Below the pieces are notes generated by a model, which made no database searches, was not told the origin of the DNA, and saw only the letters and a program-made list of their open reading frames with translations. Source: an uncultured Candidatus Saccharibacteria bacterium (GTDB taxonomy: Bacteria > Patescibacteriota > Minisyncoccia > Phycocordibacterales > CAIRYW01). Taken from it: a DNA stretch of 64,000 nucleotides. A program made the position numbers and the translations under genes. The first letter of the stretch is position 1; each line of letters begins with the position of its first letter. Below, piece after piece: positions 39,517 through 49,658 of the stretch. Where the stretch lies: positions 64,105 to 128,104 of the forward strand of contig CAYLQP010000002.1 in the NCBI GenBank assembly GCA_964386665.1. The letters are read 5' to 3'.

Positions 39517-40267
39517 GAATTTGAAAACTTTCAGAAACAAAACCCAATAAAAATAATGGGAGTAATTTCCACGGAATCAAAAGTAACACTTGGTGAAGAA
39601 TATTGGAAATAAATCTTGCAAAACGAAAACGGAATAATTTACCAAAAATAGCTGGTTTAACATTTAAAATTTCAAAACCACTTTCTTTTAAAAGTGTTAT
39701 GACTTCTCTTACAGAAACTTGTTTTGAATGCAAGGTTTTTTCTTTGAGATTTGTGTGGGCATTATAGTCTCTACTTTTAGTCACAAGTAATAAATTACCC
39801 TTTTCCTTTAAAATTCTATGCATTTCACTTAAAAATTTTCTTTTATCAACAAAATATTCAAAATTTCTTATAGAAATGCACGTATCGAATATATTGTCTT
39901 CTAATGTATTATTTAAAAAGTCTCCTTGATTAAAACTAATCTTAGAAATTGACTCTGCTAGTCTTTTTTTCGCCTGCTCCAACATCTGAAATGAAATATC
40001 TAAATAATATAAATTTTCACAAACATTTATATAAAGTAAAGTCCAAATTCCATCTCCACCTCCAACTTCAAACACTTTTTCACAAGAAACCGTATTAAAA
40101 AACGTGAGTAAAGTCTTTTTGGTTTGATTAAAATGAATTAGATTAACTGGACCTTCAAACCAACGATGATCCGAATGAAAAGTTCCTAACGTAGAAAGGA
40201 AATTATCATAGTACTGACCAACATACTCGCCAGAGAGATTGTTTTTTGATTCTATTTTATTATCCAT
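39497..40267 (-). CDS. Class I SAM-dependent methyltransferase
   Basis: EVGGGDG, LDIS..ML..AK, E..RILK..G. Confidence 0.85.
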   Translation of the reverse strand: MDNKIESKNNLSGEYVGQYYDNFLSTLGTFHSDHRWFEGPVNLIHFNQTKKTLLTFFNTVSCEKVFEVGGGDGIWTLLYINVCENLYYLDISFQMLEQAKKRLAESISKISFNQGDFLNNTLEDNIFDTCISIRNFEYFVDKRKFLSEMHRILKEKGNLLLVTKSRDYNAHTNLKEKTLHSKQVSVREVITLLKESGFEILNVKPAIFGKLFRFRFARFISNILHQVLLLIPWKLLPLFLLGFVSESFQIHAQKKK

Positions 40268-40347
40268 AATATCCTAGAATAATGACACAAATTATTTAAA
40301 ACAACAATATATTTTAGGCCTTTTTTGTGTTAAAATAGTAAAAAGTC

Positions 40348-41613
40348 TTGAAATATATACTCAAAAAAATAAAAGAGATGGGAAATTCATTCTTCGCAGC
40401 TGATGTTTCATATGTCATGAAACATGGAGGATGGGTATTTATAGCTCAAATAGTCACCTCATTTTCAGCCTTTGTATTATCGGTTATCTTTTCTTATTTT
40501 TTACCAAAAGAAGAATTTGGCGTGTATAAATACATTCTTTCGATGGCTGGTATTTTAGGAGGATTTTCACTTACGGGCCTCCACACCGGAATCATTAGAT
40601 CGACCGCCAAAGGCAAAGAAGGATTATTCAAAGACAGCTTTCTTCTAAGTATGAAATGGGGGCTAGTTTCAACATGTCTTTCTCTTTTTGTTAGTGGCTA
40701 CTATTTTTTAAATCAAAATAATATTTTAGCACTCTCATTTATAATTATAGCAATTTGTCAGCCTTTACTGAACAGCGCACTTTTATTTAGATCTTTTTTA
40801 AACGGCAAGCAGTCTTATAGAAGTCTAAGTAGTTCAAATATTATTATCAGTATTGTTTCTTCATTTATCATCGGATTAACTGTTTTATTTACAAAAAACC
40901 CTATTTTAATTATTTTGAGCTATTTTTTATCTAACTTAATCTTAGCTATTTTAATATTTAGTTATGTCCAGAAAAAGTTTATTCCAAACAGCGAACACGA
41001 AGAAAACGAAATTTCATATAGTAAGCATTCGAGCCTTATAAACATATTAGATATAGTTGCAAATAATATTGATAAAGTAATTTTATTTCAAATGCTTGGC
41101 GGAACAAGTGTATCAATCTACACTTTTGCCCTTGCCTTTCCAGAACAGATACGAAATGTTTATAAGATAATACCAATGATTGCAACTCCAAAGTTTGCCA
41201 AAAGACCTCTTGAAGAAATAAAAAAAGTCTTTCTTAAAAGAACTTTGCGTATGTTTGTTGCATCTTCAATCCTTATCCTTTTGTATATTTGGACAGCACC
41301 GAAACTATATACAATCTTCTTTCCACAATATACTGACTCCGTAATGTATTCAATTGTCTTTTCTATAACTCTTCTTATTGAGGGAGGGTTATCAAATGCT
41401 ATTTTTAAAGCAAAACAGGCAATCAAAGAACAATACAAAGTAAGCATAGGAAGTAATATCCTAAAAATAACACTTCTTATAATCTGTGCTTTCTTTTGGG
41501 GATTATGGGGGGTAATTATAGCCAGAGTAATCTCTAGATTTCTAGGTTTTCTTTTGTCGCTCTTTCTTACTATACAATTAATCCATGATCCTGAGAAAAA
41601 GAATGCTTTTTAA
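40348..41613 (+). CDS. Wzx/MOP-family polysaccharide flippase
   Basis: About 12 TMs, L..EEFG.Y, IDK..L..LG...V.IY. Confidence 0.85.
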   Translation: MKYILKKIKEMGNSFFAADVSYVMKHGGWVFIAQIVTSFSAFVLSVIFSYFLPKEEFGVYKYILSMAGILGGFSLTGLHTGIIRSTAKGKEGLFKDSFLLSMKWGLVSTCLSLFVSGYYFLNQNNILALSFIIIAICQPLLNSALLFRSFLNGKQSYRSLSSSNIIISIVSSFIIGLTVLFTKNPILIILSYFLSNLILAILIFSYVQKKFIPNSEHEENEISYSKHSSLINILDIVANNIDKVILFQMLGGTSVSIYTFALAFPEQIRNVYKIIPMIATPKFAKRPLEEIKKVFLKRTLRMFVASSILILLYIWTAPKLYTIFFPQYTDSVMYSIVFSITLLIEGGLSNAIFKAKQAIKEQYKVSIGSNILKITLLIICAFFWGLWGVIIARVISRFLGFLLSLFLTIQLIHDPEKKNAF

Positions 41614-41655
41614 GTTTATAAATTCTGGTATGATACATATAATAAAAATAAAAAT

Positions 41656-42375
41656 ATGATAGGACTAATTCTTGCAGGAGGCAAAGGAACGCGTTTACAC
41701 CCTTATACAGAAGAGACACCTAAACCTCTTATTAAGGTAAATGGCAAAGCAATTTTAGAACATCAAATAGAACTCCTTCTACCTAAGGTTGATAAGATTG
41801 TAATTATTACAGGTTTTTTGCGAGAAAAAATAGAAGGTTTTGTAAAAGAGAAATTTGATACAACAAAAATTACCTATGTACACAACAGTGAATTTGAAAA
41901 CTCACGCCCGGCTTACGCTATTATCCAAGCCTTACCTTTACTGGAAGATGCAATTATTTACCTAAATGGCGATGTTTTTTTTGATATACGTATCCTTGAA
42001 GAAGTTATTAACACTTCAAATCCTAACACCACCGCAATCCAAAAAGTTACCTGGGATGAAGAAGAGGTGAATGTAGTCCTCGACAAAGATAACAATATTC
42101 AACACATAAGCAAAAACATTCCTGAGGAAAAAAGTGCGGGTGAATTTATTGGAGTAACAAAGCTTGGTGTAGAGTTTCTTAAAAAAATGAAAGAAGTAGC
42201 TGAAAAAGAAGGAATAGAAACATTTAGATTTTCTTTTGCTATCGACTTAATTAACCATGTAATCCAAGAATATCAACAAACACTCTTTGGACTTGATGTG
42301 ACAAAACTAAAGGCTATAGAAATAGATACCTTAAAAGATCTAAATACTGCAAACATAATGTTTAACGAAAAATGA
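41656..42375 (+). CDS. Nucleotidyltransferase (LicC/phosphocholine cytidylyltransferase-like)
   Basis: LAGGKGTRL.P.T...PKPL, NGDV, GEFIGV, EIDT..DL. Confidence 0.85.
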   Translation: MIGLILAGGKGTRLHPYTEETPKPLIKVNGKAILEHQIELLLPKVDKIVIITGFLREKIEGFVKEKFDTTKITYVHNSEFENSRPAYAIIQALPLLEDAIIYLNGDVFFDIRILEEVINTSNPNTTAIQKVTWDEEEVNVVLDKDNNIQHISKNIPEEKSAGEFIGVTKLGVEFLKKMKEVAEKEGIETFRFSFAIDLINHVIQEYQQTLFGLDVTKLKAIEIDTLKDLNTANIMFNEK

Positions 42376-43508
42376 ATATAGTACGTAAAACAATTGTATA
42401 CGGGGTATACTTCTTCTCTTCACTTTTTCCAAGAGATAAAAACCGATTTATATATATCGGTTGGCATAAAAATAGTTCTGGGGAAGTATTTGCAGATAAT
42501 ACAAAGTATCTTTTTCTTTATGCAAATAAGCACAGTCAAAACCAAAAGCATATTTGGCTTGCCAAAAGCAAGATATTAGCCACAAAACTAGTATCGTCAG
42601 GCCTTCACTCTTCTTATGAATTTAGCCTGCAAGGTGTCTGGCACATGCTCCGAGCAAAATATTTTGTAATTGATGCCCTGTTTCAACCACAGCATTTTAT
42701 GTTCTCAGGAAGAGCAAAAATCATACAACTTCTTCATGGCAAAGGTATGAAGAAAAAAGGTTATAGCGAAGCACAATTAAAGAAACAAGATTTTATATTT
42801 GGTACATCTCAATATAGCTTAAGCTTACTACCAGAGAGTTTCATAAAAGGTTCAAAACTATTTGTAACAGGCTACCCTAGAAACGATATTCTCTTCTCTC
42901 AAATTGAGAAAGCAGACATTGATATAGACACCGATATGCTTTCTCACCTAAAAAAACAGAAAGCAAAAGGCAAAAAAAACATTTTCTATGCCCCAACATT
43001 TCGTAGAGGAGAAAAAGAAGCTCTCTTAAAAGGACTTGATATGGATAAGCTTGTCGCATGGGCAAAAGAAAAGAATGTGCACGTTGTTTTAAGCCTTCAT
43101 AATAAATATCGAAACCAGCAAGACTCGCATAATCTTGGAGAACATATTAGTTCTTTAAAGGAATCTGATATATATCCCTTACTCTGTGAATTCGATCTTT
43201 TTGTGACAGATTACTCATCTTCTTTTATTGATTTCTTACTTCTTGATAAACCAATAATATTTTATCCATTTGATTTCGATACATATTCAGTAAATGAGGG
43301 AATTATTCAAGACTACTTTAAAATGATTCCCGGACCACACGCAACGAACTTTAAACAACTACTTAATATTATCGAAGAAAATCTCAAGCAAGATACCTGG
43401 CAAGAAAAAAGGCAAATTTCAAAACATAAAAACCACAGTTTTTGTGACGGAAATAGTGCAGAAAGAGTGTTTAAAGTAATTGACAGCTTAGAAACATCAA
43501 GACCTTAA
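42372..43508 (+). CDS. CDP-glycerol glycerophosphotransferase (TagB/TagF family)
   Basis: DNTKYLF, QLLHG...KK, TGYPRND, YAPTFR, TDYSS..IDF.LL.KP, DGNSAERV. Confidence 0.9.
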   Translation: MNIVRKTIVYGVYFFSSLFPRDKNRFIYIGWHKNSSGEVFADNTKYLFLYANKHSQNQKHIWLAKSKILATKLVSSGLHSSYEFSLQGVWHMLRAKYFVIDALFQPQHFMFSGRAKIIQLLHGKGMKKKGYSEAQLKKQDFIFGTSQYSLSLLPESFIKGSKLFVTGYPRNDILFSQIEKADIDIDTDMLSHLKKQKAKGKKNIFYAPTFRRGEKEALLKGLDMDKLVAWAKEKNVHVVLSLHNKYRNQQDSHNLGEHISSLKESDIYPLLCEFDLFVTDYSSSFIDFLLLDKPIIFYPFDFDTYSVNEGIIQDYFKMIPGPHATNFKQLLNIIEENLKQDTWQEKRQISKHKNHSFCDGNSAERVFKVIDSLETSRP

Positions 43509-44243
43509 GATAAAAAAGCTCTCCTTATCTTTTTTTGTCGGCATTCCCAATGAATATTGTTGGACCCCCAGAAAAGAAGTTTCTTTCTCTGTCACAACAT
43601 TAAAGCCAACCAAACGAATCAATTCCCTTACATCTTTTTTTGAAAAAGTATGAGGATGATGGGGACCTCTACTTTTTCCACTTTTTTCATGAGTCTCAAC
43701 AGTTAAAATAAAATAGCCTCCAGGAACTAGAACTCTTTTAATTTCACTCAAGACTTCTATAGGTTTCGAAACGTGATCAAGAACATTTGTACAAAAAATG
43801 TGTGTAAAATAACCATCTTCAAAATCAATCTTTTCCCCATGACTTTTTCTTACATCAAGATCTTTAGGGTATGAATAAAATTTATGATACCAATCAGCAA
43901 GAGGATCAATACCGATCTTCTTTTTTCCTGGAATAAAATGTAGGATACTAGCTATACCACACCCAACATCCAAAACAACACTTTCATTTGACAAGTGTGT
44001 TTGAATTAAAAGATCATCCAAGAATCGAAATTTTCTGTAATAATTTAAAGCATTTATCTTTACATTTTCTTTTTCAAACTCTTTTCCCCAACCCATTTTA
44101 GCAGCAAGTTCACTTTCATATTTATCAAGAAAGTGATTATAGAAAAAGTCTGTTAGACCAAAAAATCTTAAAATATTTTTTATTTTTTTTGGAATGAGCG
44201 CTGAAATTTTTTTCTGAAAATTAATTTTTGATAAACCTTTCAT
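43497..44243 (-). CDS. Class I SAM-dependent methyltransferase
   Basis: LDVGCG, GIDP, NVLDHV..P...L.E..RVL.PGG. Confidence 0.88.
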   Translation of the reverse strand: MKGLSKINFQKKISALIPKKIKNILRFFGLTDFFYNHFLDKYESELAAKMGWGKEFEKENVKINALNYYRKFRFLDDLLIQTHLSNESVVLDVGCGIASILHFIPGKKKIGIDPLADWYHKFYSYPKDLDVRKSHGEKIDFEDGYFTHIFCTNVLDHVSKPIEVLSEIKRVLVPGGYFILTVETHEKSGKSRGPHHPHTFSKKDVRELIRLVGFNVVTEKETSFLGVQQYSLGMPTKKDKESFFILRS

Positions 44244-44254
44244 TTTTATTTTTT

Positions 44255-45349
44255 TTATAATAATTTTTCAAATTTTAGCACATTTTTTTCAATCGAACAA
44301 TCCTCGGAAATATTTTCAGAAAATTTAGACATCAAAGGGTAATTGTATCCTAAAATTTTTTCTAAAAATTGTGCAGAATCTTCTGGAAAAAGAGATCGTA
44401 TATAAATACCATTTTGCCCTTCTTTTAGCAACATTTTTGTCCCCCCTGTTTCTGTAGCAATAAGTGGCAACCCAAAAGCAAGTGCTTCGAGATAAGACAT
44501 ACTCATACCTTCAATAAGAGACGTAGATACGAGAAAGTCACTCGCCCTATAATATGTATATATATCTTTTACAGCCCCAAGAAAAAATACACTCTCTTCT
44601 AGGTCTAGTTTTTTTACTTTTTCTTCAAGAGAACTACGTAACTCTCCTTCTCCTGCAATCAAAAGAATAACATCTTTATGTTGTTTAACAAAAAAAGAGA
44701 AACTTTCGATTAATAACGAATGGTTTTTTTGACTAGTAAGGCGAGCCACGGACAAAAAAATCTTTTTATTTAAAGGAAGAGAGAGTTTTCTTCTTGCCTC
44801 TTCTTTAGTTAAGTCTTTTTTCAGTTCTTTAATTGGCTTTAAGTCAATGCCGTTTTGTATGGTAATACATTTACTTTCATTAAGTTTTTGTTGTGTAATG
44901 GTAAACTCTCTTACTTCTTCAGAAACAGCAATTATTTTATAAGAAAGACCACTCAACATCCTATCCATAAACACCTGCCACCTTCTCTTATTTGTGTAAG
45001 TGTTATGCTCAACAGTAATAACTCTGTACCAAAAAATGACTTTAAATATCCTTAAAAGTGTGTTCGATAAAAATAAATGAGAAACTACTGTATGAGGCCT
45101 AAAAGAAAACAGAAGTATAGCGATGTTAAGTAGACCTTTTATATCATAGGCACTTTTCATACCTATCCGATGCACTTTAATAGAGCTGGGAATGAGGTGA
45201 TATAAATCTTTCCTTGCCTTGAATTCAAAAAGAGAGACTAGTTCTATATCGTATTTCTCTTTATTGAAATAAAGTAATTGAGATGCGATCAGTTTTTGAG
45301 CACCTCCCACTAGAAAATCATTAATCGATATAAGGACTCTTTTTTTCAT
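44255..45349 (-). CDS. GT4 glycosyltransferase
   Basis: GGAQK, NGID, ARL..QKN, EG.....LEALA.GLP. Confidence 0.92.
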   Translation of the reverse strand: MKKRVLISINDFLVGGAQKLIASQLLYFNKEKYDIELVSLFEFKARKDLYHLIPSSIKVHRIGMKSAYDIKGLLNIAILLFSFRPHTVVSHLFLSNTLLRIFKVIFWYRVITVEHNTYTNKRRWQVFMDRMLSGLSYKIIAVSEEVREFTITQQKLNESKCITIQNGIDLKPIKELKKDLTKEEARRKLSLPLNKKIFLSVARLTSQKNHSLLIESFSFFVKQHKDVILLIAGEGELRSSLEEKVKKLDLEESVFFLGAVKDIYTYYRASDFLVSTSLIEGMSMSYLEALAFGLPLIATETGGTKMLLKEGQNGIYIRSLFPEDSAQFLEKILGYNYPLMSKFSENISEDCSIEKNVLKFEKLL

Positions 45350-46002
45350 TTCTTTTTTAGAATATAAAATCTGTGATATTTATTCAAAGGTGGATTGAAC
45401 ACTTTTTCAATGTGAAAATGTCTTTCGAATACTTCCACTATCTTTCTTTTGGAAGTAGTAAAATAATCTATTTCGAAATAATGCTGATCAGATTCCTTGA
45501 ATCCCTTGAACTTTATAGGGAGCTTAATACTTATATCAAAAAATTTTCTCTTGAAAAGCGTCTGAATAAAAGGAAATTTCAAAACAAGATTAAAACCAAC
45601 ATGTCGTTCCGGAAGAGATATCACAGCATACTTTTTTGTAATATTGGCTATATCAGAAACAACTTTCTCAAAATCAGCAAAAGGAATATGCTCAAGAATT
45701 TGACATGCCATAACACAATCAAAGCTCTCTTTTTGAAAAGGTAGGGATCTTACATCTGCGACCACATCAGGAAACACCTTTTCATCGAAGTCACAAGTGG
45801 TCACAGAAAATCCTATATCCATTAATTCCTTTGATACAAGTTTATTTCCTGGACCAATTTCTAAAATAGAAGAAACATCTTTTAGGTTTGTGATCGAATC
45901 AATTTGATAGAAATAAGAAATGAACCTCTCAAGAGTATTGTACCCTCTTCTTTTATAATATCCTTCCTTTACCTGAACGTTGTTATTTTTTTCTAATGAC
46001 AT
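45346..46002 (-). CDS. SAM-dependent methyltransferase
   Basis: LEIGPG, AD...LPF..SFD...QILEHIP. Confidence 0.85.
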   Translation of the reverse strand: MSLEKNNNVQVKEGYYKRRGYNTLERFISYFYQIDSITNLKDVSSILEIGPGNKLVSKELMDIGFSVTTCDFDEKVFPDVVADVRSLPFQKESFDCVMACQILEHIPFADFEKVVSDIANITKKYAVISLPERHVGFNLVLKFPFIQTLFKRKFFDISIKLPIKFKGFKESDQHYFEIDYFTTSKRKIVEVFERHFHIEKVFNPPLNKYHRFYILKKK

Positions 46003-46633
46003 AAAAGTAACCCATAGGAAGAGGGTGTTTATTCCTTATCTTTCTTGGTATAAACATATCAAAACATACAGCAAGAATATTCGCAAGAGCACGAACAATT
46101 GAAAAAACAAAGAACGGGTGAAGGGCATATGCACAAACAGAAAACCTATCGCCCATAAACCTCTTCTCAATCACTTCAAACCCCGAAGAAGAAAAGAGTC
46201 GGCTCAATCCTTCACTTGTAAAACGTAAGAAATCGTGAGGTTCTGGCATCTCATTTGTAGCATAAGGAGAAGAAATAAGTGCGTGCCCACCGACTTTAAG
46301 TACTCGATAGATCTCATTTAAAGTAAATTCTGGCTTTTCTGCTATATACAGATTATTAAAAAGTAAAATAGTGTCGACTGTTCCTGTCTCCATTTCAAAA
46401 GGTACATTAAAATCAACCACAAGATCGATTCCCTCCTGAGTTATATATTCAGATTTTAGGTATTCAATATCAACAGGAAGACAATTTCTATATGAAGGAT
46501 TACTCCCTGAACCAATATCCAAGACCCTTCCTTTTATAAAAGAGGATAAGGATAATATATTCTCTTCGAAATAAATTCGAAATAAAGTCTTTTTTAGTAA
46601 AGTTTTTTTTATAATTTTTATTATGCTAACCAT
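45983..46633 (-). CDS. SAM-dependent methyltransferase
   Basis: VLDIGSG, EIYRVLK.GG, P.DF.RFT.EGL. Confidence 0.85.
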   Translation of the reverse strand: MVSIIKIIKKTLLKKTLFRIYFEENILSLSSFIKGRVLDIGSGSNPSYRNCLPVDIEYLKSEYITQEGIDLVVDFNVPFEMETGTVDTILLFNNLYIAEKPEFTLNEIYRVLKVGGHALISSPYATNEMPEPHDFLRFTSEGLSRLFSSSGFEVIEKRFMGDRFSVCAYALHPFFVFSIVRALANILAVCFDMFIPRKIRNKHPLPMGYFYVIRKK

Positions 46634-47385
46634 TTTTTTGTAAATCCATATAAGGATGATAATTTAGCTTTGAATACAAACATTGATACTCCAGAGTCAA
46701 TTGATAAGCGTGGAAGTTTAAATAAGTCAGAAGAAACATCCACAAACCCTTCCTCAACAGTAAAAGCTGAATTTACATAATGTTTTATTATTTGTATAAC
46801 TTCAGATGAATACTTCCCTCTTGGATAAGCAAGAGAGACTTCTTTACCATCCTTAGACAAAAGAGAAAGAGATTGGCGCATTTCTTCCTTTAATTGATCC
46901 GGAGACAAAGAAGTAAATTCATTATGCAAGTGTCCGTGACAACCAATCTCAACAAGCGGGTTTTCAAAAATGGTTTTTATTTGTTCGAAAGAAATAAGAG
47001 AACACGAATCTCCTTGACTAGTCTTTAATACATTATCCTTTAAACCACTTGGCCAAAAAAGTGTAACAGGGATATTATGTTTTTTAATAAAAGACATAAC
47101 AATATCTAGAAAATCTATATGTCCATCATCGAAAGTAAGTACTACTACCTTTTTAAGACTCTGCTTTCCTTTTATTTTCTCAACTAATTCATTTACTGAA
47201 CAAAAGATATAACCTCTTTTTATAAGGTATTCTATTTGAGTAAAGAAAGACTTAGGATCTACGTTAAAAAAAACATTTGGCAATTTAAAAGAATGGTACA
47301 TCAGCACCCGCGCACAAGAATCTCTCAACAAAAAAGAAGAAACTGTGCAAATACTGAAAAAAATTTTTTTTAACAAACGTTTCAT
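46621..47385 (-). CDS. Polysaccharide deacetylase (NodB/IcaB-like)
   Basis: LMYH, LTFDDG, EIGCHG..H, AYP.G, LPR. Confidence 0.88.
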   Translation of the reverse strand: MKRLLKKIFFSICTVSSFLLRDSCARVLMYHSFKLPNVFFNVDPKSFFTQIEYLIKRGYIFCSVNELVEKIKGKQSLKKVVVLTFDDGHIDFLDIVMSFIKKHNIPVTLFWPSGLKDNVLKTSQGDSCSLISFEQIKTIFENPLVEIGCHGHLHNEFTSLSPDQLKEEMRQSLSLLSKDGKEVSLAYPRGKYSSEVIQIIKHYVNSAFTVEEGFVDVSSDLFKLPRLSIDSGVSMFVFKAKLSSLYGFTKKWLA

Positions 47386-48419
47386 AAAAAAGTCGAAAAT
47401 GTATTTACTAAACTAGAAAGACTATGCTTTGATCGTGAGATTAAAGCAAGTTCTTTCGTAATTGAATTATATTCAGACTCAGAAAGCTTTAAAATAGCAA
47501 AAATCCCTTGAGCGAGAGATTTTATATTATCCTCTTCAAACGACACAACTGATTTTAAATTTGATGGAAGGTCTAAAGAGAAATTGGGGTTCGATACAAG
47601 TGGAATGATCTCACAAAACGCAGATTCAACAATTGTCTTGTCAAAACTACCAGAATTTGTGGTATTTATACAAACAATTCCACTACTATATACACTGGGT
47701 AAATCTTGCTGCTTCACTCCCCCAAGAAATAATACAGCGTCTTCAATATGAGCATCTAACATCTTTTGTTTTAATTCTTTTAGATACTCCTCATCTGTTG
47801 TTGGTCCATAAATATGAAGAAATGCTGAAGGAATTTCTTTTTTTACTAAAATAAAAGCATCGATAAGTAGTTCAATCTTCTTGACCCGAGAAATTCTACC
47901 GACATACACAATTTTATTTCTATCTCTTGCAATATCAATTTTTTTAAAGATACTATCATCAACTCCAACTGGCATAATAACCGTTTTCTGAAACTTAGCA
48001 GTAAATGATGTTGTTGAGGTACAAAAAACTTTATGAGACATAAATACAGCAAGCCTTGTCTTCCAGGTACCACTTAAGTGATTTCTCCAAAGGAATATCT
48101 TTTTACCGCAAAGCCTCCACCACAGACCAGCCAAGAGAACATACTCTTCATTCATATGAACAAAAACCGCGTCATAATTACCTTTTTCTTTCCATAAGTA
48201 TTTATAAAAATTAAAAATATATTTCAATCTTGATTTCCCTTCTTCTTTCCCAAGAGAATAAATATTGATTTCTTTAGGAAAATGATTCTCACCTTTTTCT
48301 AAACAAATAACTGAGGAAATAGAAACTTTCTGTGAAAACACCTCTATCCATCGATGAACAAAACTCATTACTGGATTATTCAGATTAACAGCTTGTGTAA
48401 TAAATAACACTCTTTTCAT
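47382..48419 (-). CDS. GT4 glycosyltransferase
   Basis: VGRIS..K, GSFDK.IVE. Confidence 0.88.
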   Translation of the reverse strand: MKRVLFITQAVNLNNPVMSFVHRWIEVFSQKVSISSVICLEKGENHFPKEINIYSLGKEEGKSRLKYIFNFYKYLWKEKGNYDAVFVHMNEEYVLLAGLWWRLCGKKIFLWRNHLSGTWKTRLAVFMSHKVFCTSTTSFTAKFQKTVIMPVGVDDSIFKKIDIARDRNKIVYVGRISRVKKIELLIDAFILVKKEIPSAFLHIYGPTTDEEYLKELKQKMLDAHIEDAVLFLGGVKQQDLPSVYSSGIVCINTTNSGSFDKTIVESAFCEIIPLVSNPNFSLDLPSNLKSVVSFEEDNIKSLAQGIFAILKLSESEYNSITKELALISRSKHSLSSLVNTFSTFL

Positions 48420-48524
48420 AATATTTCCTAGAATTATCAGTTTTTAAACTAAATAGTGCGGCATCAAAATCTTTTACGTAGAAGCTAATATTAACATAAA
48501 TACCATCTGTAACAAGATAAAAAA

Positions 48525-49658
48525 TCAGAATAATTTAATCAATTCATCAATTGTCCTCTCAATAGAAAAGAGTTTAGCTCTTTCTGTTGCCGTTTTCTTT
48601 ATATTTTCTGTGGACTCAATTTCCATAACCTTTTCAAGAGAGTCAATCATCTGAGTCTGATTATTAACCTCAAATAATAACCCTGAGATACCGTCTTCAA
48701 CTAATTCGGGCAAACTTCCAATTTTTGAAACAATTACAAACGCCCCTGAATACATCGCCTCGATAGTTTGAAATGAGAAGCTTTCAAAGCTTGTATTTAG
48801 TAAAAATACATCAGCAGAAACAAGATAATCAAACATTACATCACGAGGAACTTGGCCAACAATCATTACGTGTTCATTTAAATTTAAATCACTAATTAAT
48901 TTCTCTAACTTTAATTTTTCTGGACCATCCCCCAATATAAACAATGTAATATTCTTTCTTTTGGGAATTATTTTATATAGGGCTTCTATGATTTCTTTGA
49001 ATCCTTTCCATTGGACAAGCCGGCCGGAAGAAACAATAACGAAACTATCTTCTTTGATGTGTAAAGAAACTCTTGCATTTGTTTTTGTTTTTAATGATGG
49101 AAAATCTATACCATTATAAATAGTTTTTATATTTATTTTTTTGTTCGTCCACTTTGATACCACCTGAGTAAAATAATTACTTGGAGTAATTACAAATTCA
49201 GCAGATTCAGTTGTAAATACCTGGATCCATCTTAAAAATGTAACTCCTATGTTATATTTTTTTGTTTGAAATAGATCAATCGAATCTTTTACTCCGAACC
49301 TTTGTACTGATTGTTCCCACACATAATCACCTGGAACTCTTAAAAAAAACCTCTTTCTCATTAATTTTGAAACAATAGCGGCAGGAAAACCAACAGATAC
49401 AGTATCTTGAGCAAATATAATATCCGCTCCAATACTTTTCTTAAAAAGAAAACAGATATATACAAAATGTCGCAAAATTTTTGGTAATTTTCTTACTAAA
49501 GAAAAAGGACATACATCAACAAGGATATTCTTTTTTGGTAACTCATCAAATAATAACTTAGAGTAAGTTGCTGGTCCGCCAATTTCAGGTGGATAAATAC
49601 CAGTTGCCACCACAATTTTCTTCACTTTCACACTCTTATTTATCAATGTTTTTTTCAT
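48525..49658 (-). CDS. GT4 glycosyltransferase
   Basis: IYPPEIGGPATY, GRLV.WKG, E.F....IEAM. Confidence 0.9.
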   Translation of the reverse strand: MKKTLINKSVKVKKIVVATGIYPPEIGGPATYSKLLFDELPKKNILVDVCPFSLVRKLPKILRHFVYICFLFKKSIGADIIFAQDTVSVGFPAAIVSKLMRKRFFLRVPGDYVWEQSVQRFGVKDSIDLFQTKKYNIGVTFLRWIQVFTTESAEFVITPSNYFTQVVSKWTNKKINIKTIYNGIDFPSLKTKTNARVSLHIKEDSFVIVSSGRLVQWKGFKEIIEALYKIIPKRKNITLFILGDGPEKLKLEKLISDLNLNEHVMIVGQVPRDVMFDYLVSADVFLLNTSFESFSFQTIEAMYSGAFVIVSKIGSLPELVEDGISGLLFEVNNQTQMIDSLEKVMEIESTENIKKTATERAKLFSIERTIDELIKLF